Below are positions 23,469 through 36,916 of a stretch of DNA of 64,000 nucleotides, in pieces; the first letter of the stretch is position 1; the number at the start of each line of letters is the position of its first letter. Both the position numbers and the translations under genes were made by a program. The DNA lies in NCBI RefSeq assembly GCF_006345805.1, contig NC_042997.1, forward strand, positions 60,884,001-60,948,000, given 5' to 3'. Source of the stretch: Octopus sinensis. Taxonomy: Eukaryota. The notes beneath the pieces are model-generated. The model worked only from the letters and a program-made list of their open reading frames with translations, was not told the origin of the DNA and did no database searches.

Positions 23469-23809
23469 CTAAAAGAAAAAGAAAATATAAAATACATCAA
23501 ACAGATTCATAATTGTGTAGGAAAATAAAAATAAAAATTTGTTAACAAGGGGGAATGAAAATGAATAAACTTACCACAAATGCATATTAACAGATTGGCT
23601 TTGATATAGAATAAAAACTACACCACTGTAAAGTCTTCCCCAAACATATACACAGACCAACATCTGATTCTCAATACAAGCTAACAATTTGTTAGTCTTT
23701 CAGTGATCATCAGGCCTATTATTCAAAATAACAATCAAATATTCTCAAATTACACCCTACTACGTTTAAAAAAAGAAGGACATAGTATATATACACATAT
23801 ATATTTCTT

Positions 23810-24002
23810 TTATTCTTTTACTTGTTTCAGCCATTTGACTGTGGCCATACTGGGGCACCACCTTTTGTTGACCAAATCAACACCAGGATTTATTCTTTGT
23901 AAACCTCATACTTATGCTATTGGTCACTTTTGGTGAACTGCAAATTTACAAGGATGTAAACACACCAGCATCAGTTGTCAAGCGATACTGGAGGAACAAA
24001 CA

Positions 24003-24048
<46 letters not shown>

Positions 24049-24197
24049 CGACAGGCTTCTTTCAGTTTCTATCTACCAAATCCATTCACAAAGCTTTGGT
24101 CGGCTCGAGGCTATAGTAGAAGACACTTGCTCAAGATACCATGCAGTGGGACAGAACCTGTAACCTTGTGGTTGATAGGCAAGCTACTTACTGTACC
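23810..24197 (-). mobile_element. tRNA-derived SINE (type A), full length
   Basis: Reverse complement of the 45800 copy, including the internal CA/TA microsatellite and the tail. Confidence 0.85.
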
Positions 24198-24233
<36 letters not shown>

Positions 24234-24242
24234 ATATAATAT

Positions 24243-24290
<48 letters not shown>

Positions 24291-24354
24291 ATATATATGT
24301 TGGTATCTACGAATAGTAGTACCCTCAATATAATATAAATATATATATATATAT

Positions 24355-24478
24355 ATGCTAGCATGGAAAGCGGACGCTAAACGATGATGATGATGATGAT
24401 GATGATGATATATATATATATATATATCATCATCATCATCATCATCATCATTTAGCTTCCGCTTTCCATGCTAGCATG
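24355..24478. repeat. Inverted pair of RTE 3' termini around (TA)n
   Basis: atgctagcatggaaagcggacgctaaac(gat)n - (ta)n - (tca)n tttagcttccgctttccatgctagcat. Confidence 0.8.
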
Positions 24479-24488
24479 ATATACATAT

Positions 24489-24715
24489 ATATTTGGAGAG
24501 AAGGTTTTTTTCTCAAAAAGTTAAGATTGAGAAAAGAACTTTTTTAGAAAGTCAAAAGACACTAACCTTTGGGAAGAGTTTCACAAAATGTGTGTAGACT
24601 TTGCTTTACACACATTTTGTGAAATCTCTTCCCAAAGGTTAGTGTCTTTTGACTTTCTAAAAAAGTTCTTTTCTCAATCTTAACTCTTTGAGAAAAAAAT
24701 TTTCTCTCCAAATAT
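24489..24715. repeat. Near-perfect 227-bp palindrome (fold-back element)
   Basis: Arms of about 108 bp are reverse complements around a loop of about 10 nt at 24597-24606. Confidence 0.9.
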
Positions 24716-24782
24716 TATAACTGTATCAAGGAATTTCCAACACACTCTGAATATATATATATAGTTCTCATTACATTATATC

Positions 24783-25215
24783 TACTGATTGTCAGGCCAA
24801 AGTTATTGCAGGCAGTGGAAAAACAGTTCATGCTCTGCTGCATCTGGGCCTCTGTGGCAGTGTTGAGTGTGCACTCATCTGTAAACAAGAAGTCATGTAC
24901 TGAGTCCTCTTTTACCTTGGTCCTGTCCTGTAGCTTCTACTGGTTGAAGAGTCTGTCATCAGTGCTGAATCTGATCTTGATGCTGGTTTTGTCATTATTG
25001 CAGAATGCATCAGACAGCATGCCTGAGAAAGGCATGAACAGGGTAGGTGCAAATACACAGCCTTGCTTGACTTCATTAGTGACTGAGAATGCATCAGAAG
25101 AATCTCCACTGTCCAGTACTCAAGTGAGTATGCCATCAGGAAAGTGTTGCACCATGCTTATGAATTTGTCAGGGCAGTCAAACTCTACTATCATCTTCTA
25201 CAGCAACAGAGGTGC
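24783..25215 (-). mobile_element. RTE (BovB-like) LINE reverse transcriptase fragment
   Basis: Minus-strand translation CPDKFISMVQ..., DAFSVTNEVKQGCVFAPTLF, DFLFTDECTL, ACNNFGLTIS. Confidence 0.85.
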
Positions 25216-25396
25216 CACCTCCTAACAACAGAACAGGATGGCAAGGGCACAAAGAAAATCTTAAATATGCGTTTGCATACACATACAGATATGATGTATT
25301 TATGTATGTATGTATGTATGTATGTATGTATGTATGTATGTATGTATGTATGTATGTATGTATGCATGCATGTATATATGAATGTATGTATGTACG

Positions 25397-25434
<38 letters not shown>

Positions 25435-26724
25435 CATGACACACACATACACACACACACACACACACAAATACAATGAGAAGAATGTGCATATGATTTA
25501 ACTTAGTAGCAAACGAAGCAATAACACACCAATGTGAGCATATATATGCCACCTGGTTTCAATGAAAAAATTTTGTGACTAATGGAATTGTTAATTTTGC
25601 AAGATAATAACCCAATATTCTATAAACTTATTCAGATACTCATATACCAACAGGCATGTGTGTGTGTGTATGTAGGAGTGCACATATGCATACATGAAAG
25701 TATTCATGCACGGTGTATTGTGGTCATCAACTCAGTTTCATGCATAGCCAATTTCTTATTGGAGACATGTACCCGAAACAAGTTTGATCATATTTCTAAC
25801 ATGGGCTCCTCAGATGATTAATTAGCCCTGATTTTAAAAATTTGTTGTAGCAAATGTAGCACACTTTTGTAGAGGATCTTACCAGCAGTAGCTCCAACTT
25901 GAACATTCATCAGTCAAGCAATAGATGAGCACATCTTTGGGTGTAAAGAACAGCAGTGCTTTGTCAGAGCTGTCAAAGCTATTCAATATCTGAACTTTCA
26001 TAACTGATAAGCCTGACTTTAGAAAGTGCAATAAATCCAAGATAGTGCAGGTAAGATTAACTCTGAGCCCTATACCATGCAGAATTTCAGCAGGCTGCAG
26101 TTTTTGATAATCTATAGTGAATGAATATATGCATATATCCATTTACTATCGACTATATGTATACTTATATTCATGCTTATATGTGAGTGTGTGTATCTCT
26201 ATAGCTAGTATTAAAAAACCTAAAGTACAGATAGTTTCTGGTCATCTTAACCTTTGTGGTGTGGCTGGATCTATAACTGATTACACTGAAAAGTGGGTTC
26301 AGTGCAACACTTTATCCACTCAAAACGAATTCAAGCAAAAGGATTTCTTGGAATTTTGGAATACTTATATGGATTTACTGAGATAAGGAAGTGGTCTTAG
26401 TCAGTCATTAGTTAACTTCCACCATACATTCATGTATGTATATGAGCATGTATATCCCAATGCACTTGTTGCAAGACATATCAAAACAGGATAACCAAAG
26501 ACATAAGAATTATAGAACATTAAAGAGACCAGTAATGTCAAAACGTGTATAATGTGAAAATGAAAATCATATGCCACAACAGATTCAAGTTACCTCTTTG
26601 ATTATATCCATATTCTTTCTATGCATATATATTTCTGTATGCTTATAACTAAATTTATATATATATATATATATATATATCTATATATATATATATATGT
26701 ATACAAATATAAATACATACAAAT

Positions 26725-27014
26725 ATATATACATGTATATGCATATTTGTATCTACGTATATGTATATATATATACATATATTTGTGTATATGTGAATGC
26801 GCATATAGGTACATATATAAGTATATATGTGTGTATTTGTACATATTTATATATGTCCATATACTTATATATGTGTCTATATGTATATATATGTATGTCT
26901 ATGTATTTATGTATATGTCTATATATTTATATACATGTGCACATGTATATGTTTATTTGTATATTTGTATGCATGTATATATATATTTGTATGTATTTAT
27001 ATTTGTGTACATAC

Positions 27015-27069
<55 letters not shown>

Positions 27070-27360
27070 CACAAATATAAATACATACAAATATATATAC
27101 ATGCATACAAATATACAAATAAACATATGCATGTGAACATATATATAAATATATAGACATATACATAAATATATAGACATACATATATATACATATAGAC
27201 ACATATATAAATATATGGACATATATAAATATGTACAAATACACACATATATACTTATATATGTACATATATGCGCATTCACATATACACAAATATATGT
27301 ATATATATATATACATATACGTAGATACAAATATGCATATACATATATACAAATATATAT
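26725..27360. repeat. Inverted duplication of a compound microsatellite, arms about 300 bp, (TA)n centre
   Basis: Unique anchors such as gtgaatgcgcatata and gtatctacgtatatg occur at 26750-26810 and as reverse complements at 27270-27330. Confidence 0.85.
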
Positions 27361-27407
27361 CCCTCTCTTGGAGAGGCACAAGCACTTACACATATGTATG
27401 TATGTAC

Positions 27408-27441
<34 letters not shown>

Positions 27442-29939
27442 CTCCTTTCAGAAATAATTAGCAATGTTCACATAATGGAGAAACCCAGTAATCATCATAT
27501 CACAAATGAATTCCATGAGGAAAACAATGTAATTATAAGTTAGAAAATGCTGATTTAATGTTATTCCTGTGCAATACACATGTGTAAATGTTAATGTTGT
27601 CCCTGCCAAATTTAGAGTAAGTAATTTTGATTTTAATAATGAACACTGCCAAAAGAAGAAAACAAAAACAAAAACAAAAAGCAATCCATAGAATTCTGTA
27701 TAATGATTTGTTATATTACTCAATTGAAGCAAATCTCCAGCAGACCATAAAGGAATTGCTGAAAATATGTCATTCATTCATGCCTGTTTTGTTGTTCATA
27801 AGAACTTTAAACAGACTGGAGTAAAAAATAAACTGACACCAATGTTCTTTCAAGATTAAAACTTACTATGTATTATAGAAATAGTTTCCATCAATACTTT
27901 TTATTTCTCACCTGCTAACCATGGTTATATAAGTATTTCACATAGGTTGTAATTTTGTGCTTACATTCAGTCACATTTAGAGAAATGGACTGAGATGTGT
28001 GATGTTTTAATCTTTTTTATTGAAAGGTGTGTAAAATATCATTGTAGTCAACCCTGTTGCTTGCATCTAATGTAGTAGGTTTAACATGCAAAAGTTTCAG
28101 CATTTTAAAGATTTGTTTGTGAAATGTAAGTTCAATGTAGGGTGAAAAAATTAAGTATTAGAAGAATACTTATTCTGTAAAACTGCCCAGGTTTCATTTG
28201 ATATATACATATGTACATATTGTTTGATAGATACATATATGTATCTATCAAACAAATGATAGAAATTTTAAATTACATAGGTGATTGGTTTTATTTTCAG
28301 TGAACGTCTTTGACTTCTTTTCTGCATTAATCTTTGATATGGAAGTAATACAATGAAAACATTGAAAACATTCAAAGACAAACTGGTAATAAATAGTGGA
28401 CAGAGGCCTATAGAATTTTAATAGGCACTCTAGAATTATGTGTTCAGGTTAGCTGTACAGCTAACTGTTTAAGTCTGCTAGAGTGATTTGATAGTTTCAT
28501 ATATTGCACTGCATATATGAGTAAGTAGATAAGATTCCTTAAAGTAGTATTTTAGGCAGAGTCTTACTTTAGAGTGTCAGAACACTCTTCTTTCCTCAAC
28601 ACTAACATTATCCATCCTTTTTTTTTTCTTAACTAAGTAAACTAATTTTTCCTGGTAAATTACAACAAATCTCTCGAACAGAAGACTTCAAAGAAGTATA
28701 GAAGTAGATAAAACAGATATGTAAAAAGATCTTTTACTCTCAAATAACAAAACTATTTCCCAAAGTTATATGAATGTTATTTATAAAAAAAAAACAAGAA
28801 AATAAAATAAAAAAGAAAACTTTATATAATTTCCCTCAGTACAACTAGAATACATCTCATAATTGAGTATTGTTTATTAAGCTTCCTTTTAACTTTGGTA
28901 CATTTTTCAAGAAAAATTAGCTTATGCTGAAAAGGAATTTTTTTTAATCCCATCATCTAAAGAATAATCACTTTTCTTTTCTCTGGTGCTATGAAATTAC
29001 TGAACCAGCCATGCTACTTCACAATAATTGAACAAAAGTTAAAACACGTGAAAACTGCAAAACAAATTGGGATATTATAATGTAGTGAGAAAGTAAAAGC
29101 TAAAAGTAGACCTTTTTCTTTTCTGTAAGTAAAACATTTATGAATTTCGAATCTGTGTAAAATCAGCTATCATAGGAAAGAATACTATCAATTAACTACT
29201 GCATATTACTGGTATTGTTGATATCAAGCTTGGAGCAAAGAAAAATAAAATCAACATAGAAAATATTTGTACTCAAAACATAAATAGACAAAGCAACTAT
29301 GGAGGAAATTACTAAACAAGAACTGTACATCAGATCATTTTCTATCCTGATCTGTAAATCCAGGTTCCCAAGGTAAGACAGAAGGATAAGATGAAAGAGT
29401 GTAATGATAGGGGAAGGAAAAAACATTGCCAAGATTAGGGAGAGTCAGAATGATAAGGGAATAAGGAGGAGGTTGAATAGGAAGTGATGCAGTGCTACCC
29501 CACATTATATATGCATAGGTAGGGTGCTAGATAGGAGAGAAAGCTGATGATGAAAGGCTAGGGGCATATTCTCAAGATAAGACATCCAAGACAGCCTGGT
29601 GACAGAGGAATCAGGGAGGGTGGATAAAGTCTGCCAGAATAGAATCCTTTCTCACCCAAACATCACAATTCAGGAGGGTAACAGAGTATAGGTGGTGGAG
29701 GATTGCACAAATAACATAATTTCCTCAGTCATGGGTATCATGGCATGGTGAGAAGAAATGACACAGAATAGGTAAACTGGTTAGGAGAGTACATGATGGT
29801 ATGTGATGGTACAGAGTGGGTACCAGACTAAGCTTGTATGAGAAGTCAAGTCTTCTGCAGCACTGTGTGTCACAAGCTGATAGAGTCAACTGTGTGTATG
29901 TGTAAATGCATGTATATGTATATACATATATATATGTGT

Positions 29940-29971
<32 letters not shown>

Positions 29972-30164
29972 ATTTAACATATTCATAGACATGATACATA
30001 TATACATACATAATCCATACATATAAAATTAAAGATGCCTGTGGGATTTTACTAAATCAGTAAAAGAAGAAGGATGAAAAGAGGTATAAGAAAGAGAGAA
30101 AGAAATGGACAGAAGCCACCCCCAATAAAGGGGAAAACAGCAGTAGTAGACAGTGACATTTAGC

Positions 30165-30210
<46 letters not shown>

Positions 30211-31269
30211 GAGAGAGAGAGAGACAGAGACAGACAGAGTGGGGGTAGAATTATTAAAAGAAATAGGATAGAAGCCAACTCAATGAAAGAGAGTCAGTAA
30301 CAATCTATGGAAATTAGTGACTGTTCTTGTTTTTCATAGCTGCCTAAAGCAACATGGCAGATTCATTAGAAATTAATGGCAAAATGCAGTACCAATTGGG
30401 GTGCAGGGAGTTGTTCTCACTCAGCTTCAATTCAATGTACATTATAAAATTAACATACAGGGTGTTAAATATAACAAAAATGTTTTTAGGACATTGTCGA
30501 CAAGAATAGTTAAAAAGAAATATATTAGTTTCACAAATTCACTATCGTTGGAAGACTTTGATTAACTAAGTTTTAGATGTGAAATTAATAGATAGAAACT
30601 CTCTCTATGGGTAATTATGTTAAATGAGACCCACAATGACGTACTATACCACATCTAGGCTGGTACTACTGCAACACACAGAGACATTCAAAAGTGCATC
30701 AACTTGATTGATTGGCATAAAGCTATTCACAGAGACACTCTAGCCCTTGATTCACATATGTGCTGTGTTCTCTCTGTATTTTACTATCTCTTCTACAATG
30801 GTCTCTACTTGGAGCTGGGTGGTCTTGTGATACATTCACTAAGGCACTCCTGATTCATTTGCCTCTCCTTCTCTTATTGTACATATTGTGTCAAACCTCC
30901 CAACCTCATATTAACAACTATTCCCAGTACTTCCTTCACAAAATGTCAGCACTCTGGAATTCTCTTTTTGCAATCATTAATTTGTAACAACATCATCTCA
31001 AAGGGCTTGCAAAAACCATGGGTACACCCTCATTCTCCAAGCTTAGCTAATTAAAAAAAAAAGCCTGGGATCAGGAGAAGTAAATGTAATAAAAATAGAA
31101 GTTTCAGTTAGCTATAAATGAAGACATGAGTCAAAAAGCTATCAGGAAATAACCATGCTTGATAAGAAAAAAGGAGTATAGAGTAATCCTGTATGTGTGT
31201 ACTCAATGTAAACTATGGGTAAACAAAAAGTGTGGTGAGATCTTAGGTAGAATAGTAGATGAAGATTTT

Positions 31270-31790
31270 AAATGAAAACCTATGAAATAAATGTTTTCAA
31301 ATGCTCAGAAGGCTCCATAAAAGCAAATGATAGCTTCAGTTACCTAGATGACCTAATCAGCTACAAAGATGAGTGCTCTAAAGACGTAGTAAGCAGTGTA
31401 CAAAAAGAGCGGGTAAAATTTGGGGAGCTATTACTGCTACTAGCTACAAATGAATTCTCACTCAGAGTGAATAGTAGGCTAGTGTGAGAGAATAATGGGC
31501 ACTAAATAGGGAGGATATGGGAAGGCCAGAAAGAAATGAATCAAGCATAGTTTGCTGGACATGTAATATTACTGTGAATGAACAACAGAGCATAAATGAG
31601 CAGAGAGATAACTGGGTATAAGAAGAAGCAAGAAACCATGCAAGTATGGAAATATGATGCATATGGAAGACAACAATTAGAAAAAGATGTGTCAAATGAC
31701 CCAAGTAGAAGAGAACTTTGGAAATAAATCCCCAGGAAGACATGGCAAAAAATACTGAAAACTAATCTGAGGAGGCTTTATTTCAGAAAG
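31270..31790 (+). mobile_element. RTE LINE ORF 3' fragment
   Basis: Translates DSFSYLDDLIS...VKFGELLLLLATNEFSLRVNSRL, then ERNESSIVCW and GNKSPRKTW-like motifs. Confidence 0.75.
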
Positions 31791-32651
31791 TGCATGATAT
31801 AAGACTATAATATATAGTGTGTTGGAGAAGACTGTTAAACCTAAATTTCTTGAAAAAAAAGAAAAAACACAAAAAACCATATAAAATGAATATGATGGTG
31901 AATATTTCCTTGATATATATTTCTCACTTGTTTTCTCAATTTCTATATATATTTATCACTTTTAGTAGTCACCAACTGAGAAGAATACACTCCACTTAGT
32001 AAGTCTAATATGATTAAAATATATCTGATGCTTTCACCTGTTGATTTTGAAAACCAGATATACTCCCATACTGCAGTTTCTATATTTTCCAAAAATTTCA
32101 GTTCCTTGATGTTATATGAGTTACCTCTTTTGGTTATTGTTTTTCGATTTTAAGTAGCCCTTGAGTGCATGGATAATCTCAGTTAATCAATGTTTTTAAT
32201 TCATTATATATATATTTGTATACTATATGTAGATCATTTCCCTGAGGAATTTTCCCACTCCCACCTAACAGGCTGCACATCTGTATGCGTATATGTGACA
32301 TATATATTTAAATTTTGTGGTAGCTTACTATATTAGCATATATAATAATTTTATTGGTTGGTAACTATGCATGAATGTTTACATAGAGTGACTGGAAGGT
32401 CACTAAATATTGAAAATAAAATCTTGAGCTTAACCAATGCAAGAGTTTTCATGCAGTGTGTCTAAACAAAGTAAATTACACTGCTTGCTTCACTGTGGGC
32501 TTTCCCATTGCTATGTTCAGTAACAGGGAATACAATGAGCTAGAAAGTATGAAAATATTTGTAAAAGTTGAAAATTTACCAACTGCTGTGATGCTAGGAC
32601 AGAATGAATATAAAACATTTTTATGTTCATGCACATGTTTATATATACATA

Positions 32652-33680
32652 CAGGACGCAATGAATAAATTGTCATCTAAATTACACAAAAATGAAAATA
32701 ACACTGACATCTCATTTTAACAGATATATTTCCCCAAATTACACAAAAATATCTTGAAATACTAAAGAGTAAATTTATTCAATAAAATCGCCATTGGCTT
32801 CAACCACGGTATCCAGACAACTTTGGAATCTCCTGCAACTCTTCTGGATGGTCTCCTTGTTTAAGTTGGTGAATACTGCTGTAATCCTTGCCTTCAGTTC
32901 ATTTTTGGTGTTACAAGGAGTTTTGTTGGTCTCTTGCTCAACTTCACTCCACACATAATAATCAAGGGGGTTGCAGCCTGGGGAGTTAGATGGCCAGATG
33001 TTAGAGGTGGTGTGGTTGCAGAAATTGTCTGACAACCATGACTGGATTTACCTGCTTGCATGGCATGGTGCAGAGTCTTGTTGCTAGACATTGGGTTTTC
33101 TAGCAGCCACCCTCTTGACCCAGGGCAGCACTATCTCCATCAAGCACTTGATGTAGGCCTCTGTGCTGAGTCTGAGGTTATGTAGGATGATGAATGGAGT
33201 GGCCCTTTCTCATCTTGCATGAGGAATACTGAATGTCTTCAGGCACTACCTGGCTGATCAGACACTCCCATGTCCCTGGCGATGGACCTGATTGACTTGG
33301 AGGCATCATTGTCAATCATGGACTGGATCTCACCAACAAATTCAGGAGTTCTTTTCTTATCAGAATAATCAGAGTGAATTTTCCAAGCTGCTATACCTTT
33401 GCAATCACCATTAGACTTATCCAACTCTTTCCAAATCCTCTGCACTGTCCTCAGATTGACACCCAAACACTCTGAAATGTTTGTACTGGAGCTTCTAGCA
33501 TGAATGCCAAGCAGCACAGCATGCCATTTCCAAATTTCTGGTAGAGTGAATTGCATCATGGTGCTGTTTTTATCACAGATGGTGCCCAACTAACCCTACT
33601 ATACTGTGTAGTTGACAAAATCAAAAACAATGTGCAAAATCAAAAATATAAAATGGCAACAATTTGCCAATCACCACCTG
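32652..33680 (-). mobile_element. Tc1/mariner DD37D (maT) element, internally deleted, copy 1
   Basis: TA flanks and CAGG-starting TIRs. HTH region at 33239-33589. QQDSAPCH...(37 aa)...NPLDYYVW, ending ANGDFIE. Confidence 0.88.
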
Positions 33681-33689
33681 TATATGTGT

Positions 33690-33718
33690 ATGAATACATA
33701 CATACATACATACATACA

Positions 33719-33752
<34 letters not shown>

Positions 33753-33818
33753 CATACATACATAGATGCATGCATGCATACATACATACATACATACATA
33801 CATACATACATACATACA

Positions 33819-33850
<32 letters not shown>

Positions 33851-33870
33851 CACACACACATACACACATA
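33690..33870. repeat. (TACA)n microsatellite
   Basis: Tetranucleotide run abutting the mariner TIR. Confidence 0.95.
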
Positions 33871-33984
33871 TGCTGAAAATGTCTGATAAGGTAGGATATG
33901 TGTTAGTTCCTCACGTAGTGAATGAAGTGGTAAAGACAGGTGTCACACCCAATAATGAATATAAAACTTAGATAAAATGCAATC

Positions 33985-35190
33985 AGAGTTTGTATCAGCA
34001 TGTGCTACCAGCAATGTCTTTTTTCTAGTGAGATAATTACAGAAGTTTTCAGCTAAGGGAAAGCAACTGCTCCAAGCATTTGTTGATCTGAAGAATTCCT
34101 TTGACAGGAAACCATACTATATAGTTTAATGGTTTATAGGAAAGCTAGGTCTAGATAAATGGTTTGTGAGAGCCATGCAAGTCATGTACAAATATACTTC
34201 CAAGGTGAAACTTTAAGTTCAATGAGAAATGGAGCATGTAGGTTGATGTCTGTCAGGACTCATGTCTCATTCCTCTCTTTTTAAAATAGTTACCCAGGTT
34301 ATTACTGAGTTGAACACTTGCTGTCTATGGAAGTTTTTGAGTTCTACTGATCTGCTTCTTGGAGACAAAATTCCAAATAAGGTGGCAAAGATTTGAGAGA
34401 TTTCAAAGGAAAAGTGGCACAGCTAGCAGGAAAAAAGATAGACCCCTACTACTAACTGGGAAGCGGCTATGCTATATGTGCAAAAAAAAGGAGTGGGTAG
34501 AAATTCCATGGATACATGAGGGGTGCAGTGGGTTCACAAGCAAAATTACAGAAATAAACTTCGTGTGGAGCTGATTCATAACACATATACCTTAGAAGCT
34601 TCTTTCTCTAGGGAAAATCTATCTATAGTGAAGGTGAGTATTCTGAAAACCTAGTAGCCAGAGTAAGAACAGGATGGAAAACATTCAAGGAACTATTATT
34701 ACTGCTGATAACTGAAAGGTTCTCTCTTTGAGAGAAAGACAGATTGTAAACACCAAATGTGATGCTACAAGGTAGCAAAATATGGACACGGGATATAGAA
34801 GATATGTAAAAGCTGGAAAGAAATGAGTTGAGCATGCTTCATTGGTTATGTAATGTTAGTGTGAATGAATGATAGGTTACAAAGAAGTTGAGAGAACAAT
34901 TAGGTATTACAGAAACCAGCTGCAGTATGCAAGACAGAAGATTTCACTGGTGAAAATATGTGATATGACAGTTGGATAAAGTTGGATAAAGAAATGTCAA
35001 GTGATTCCAGTGGACAGAATCTACAGTAGTCATGGGAAGAAGTAGTGAACACTGATTTCAGGATACTGAACTTCATGAAGGAGATGACAAAGACCCACAC
35101 CAACTCACAAGAGGCTGGGAAGGCAAAGACCCAACTCACTCAAGCAACCATGGAAAACCAGATGTAAAGTGATGACAATGATGATGATTA
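33985..35190 (+). mobile_element. RTE LINE, 5'-truncated and degenerate
   Basis: Frameshifted AIFLVR-LQKFSAKGK..AFVDLKNSFDR, RKLGLDKWFVRAMQVMY, LLF, then C-terminal WYGHV-type region and a (GAT)n-type tail at about 35170-35188. Confidence 0.8.
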
Positions 35191-35869
35191 TAATGAAATA
35201 TAATATCTGATACTGGAGATGGCTGCTTTGTAACTCTTGTGATAAAGTACAAATGACAATTTTGCTTTCATATGTGTTCGGTGGAAGTGATCACAGTTTA
35301 TGCTAAATATACAGGGATAGTTACATTTGGCATCGTAAACTAATGAAACACAACTTTCAAGTGATGCCACTCCTTTCAAAAGTGAAGTGTTTTCTAACAT
35401 TTTCCTATACAGAAGCGAGAAAGAAAATGATTAAAATAGAGAGAGAAACATAGGTGGATTTAAGAATAACAAGAAGTAAATCTCTTAATAATTCTAATCC
35501 TACTGATAAGAAAACTAGTTTGAAATATCGATGTCTGTCATTACAAACAACAAAGTTTTTTTTTAATTAAGCATTGTTTGCATATATTTGAACTCCTATC
35601 AAATCAGCTTAAAAGGTTTTGATTTAACATGCAACCTAGATTATCCTACTGCAGAAGATAATTAGTTAAGAATTCAGTAAAATTTTCTTTAAATGCTTAT
35701 AGATGTATTATATATAGAGAATATAATTAAAGCAAGATATATTCCTTATTAGCTAAAGAATTGATTTTCTATAACAAGACAACTTTATTAATTAACTGTC
35801 AAGCTATTTAGGCAGTCATAAGCCTGCATGCTCTCAGCTGGATGGGCATTGTTTGCCCTACTATATGTG

Positions 35870-35980
35870 TATTTGGCAAGCAAATTGCTTGAGTTATTAA
35901 AACTTTGGATAGAAAGCCTTGCAGTATTTGATCTAGCTCTCTACACTCTGAGTTCAAACTCCACCAAGGGAACTTTATAA
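35870..35980 (+). mobile_element. Partial type B SINE
   Basis: tacactctgagttcaaactccaccaag matches the 12608 copy. Confidence 0.45.
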
Positions 35981-36049
35981 GTACAACATTTTCTCTGTGA
36001 TAGGTGTAAACATAGTTATGATAATTGTAGGTATGGCTGTGATAAGTAC

Positions 36050-36190
36050 AGATATGGCAGTGTAATTAAGAAGCTTAGTTTGTAATCATGTGGTTTTGGT
36101 TCAATCTTACTGTGTGGTACAAAGTATAGCCTCAGATTGACTAATGCCTTGTGAATGAAAGAAACACTATGGAAGTCTGTCACATATGTA
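36050..36190 (+). mobile_element. Degenerate type A SINE
   Basis: ggcagtgtaattaagaagctt...catgtggttttggttcaatc...tatagcctcagattgactaatgccttgtgaatg. Confidence 0.55.
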
Positions 36191-36773
36191 CTTATTTATA
36201 CAGATATGTAGGTGTGTGCTTGTTTCTATATACTTTTTCCATGACATGTTGGGCAGCAGTGACATATGTTTACGTTCTGCATAACCAGGCAATGCCTGAG
36301 TAGTTTGACCAGTGGAATAAAGAACCTTACTTGAAAACAAGCAAAGGTTAACATCAGAAAGGGCATACAGCCAGGACTGGATTTAAACCATGAGGGGGCC
36401 TGGGGCACTTCAAGTTTGGTGGGCCCCTTATACACAAGAATTAAAATCTTAGAAAATTACCAAATTTAAATCTCAAAACCCATCTATTTCAAATAATTGA
36501 ATTTGATGTGTTAACAGAGAAAGTTTAAATAAATGACTGAAAATGTTGCTTTATAGATACACTTGTTCAAAATTCAAATTTCATTTTTCACACATCCTCT
36601 TGTGGTGTTTGACTTTTCCTACAGAGAAAAGCACAACAAAGGAGGGAAGAGTGGGGTAAGATTTTTTCTTTTAATGTGAGTTACATGTTTCAGAATGTAG
36701 AATAAGATAAAATGACAGAAAATTACCAAGAAAAAATCATTTTTATAGTTGTTGCTGTTCCAAAGCCATGATG

Positions 36774-36815
<42 letters not shown>

Positions 36816-36884
36816 TGTGTGTGTGTACGTGTGTGTGTGTGCGTGTGGTGTGTGTGTGTGTGTGCATGTGCGTGTGTGTGTGCA

Positions 36885-36916
<32 letters not shown>

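Noticed and set aside
25873-26050. Plus-strand exon-like segment (ttttgtag ... cag|gtaag)
   Set aside because: Stops in all three frames.
29168-29830. ORF 29196-29432, a plus-strand gtaaga donor and a GC-richer block
   Set aside because: No consistent open exon and no motif order that I could assign to a LINE class.
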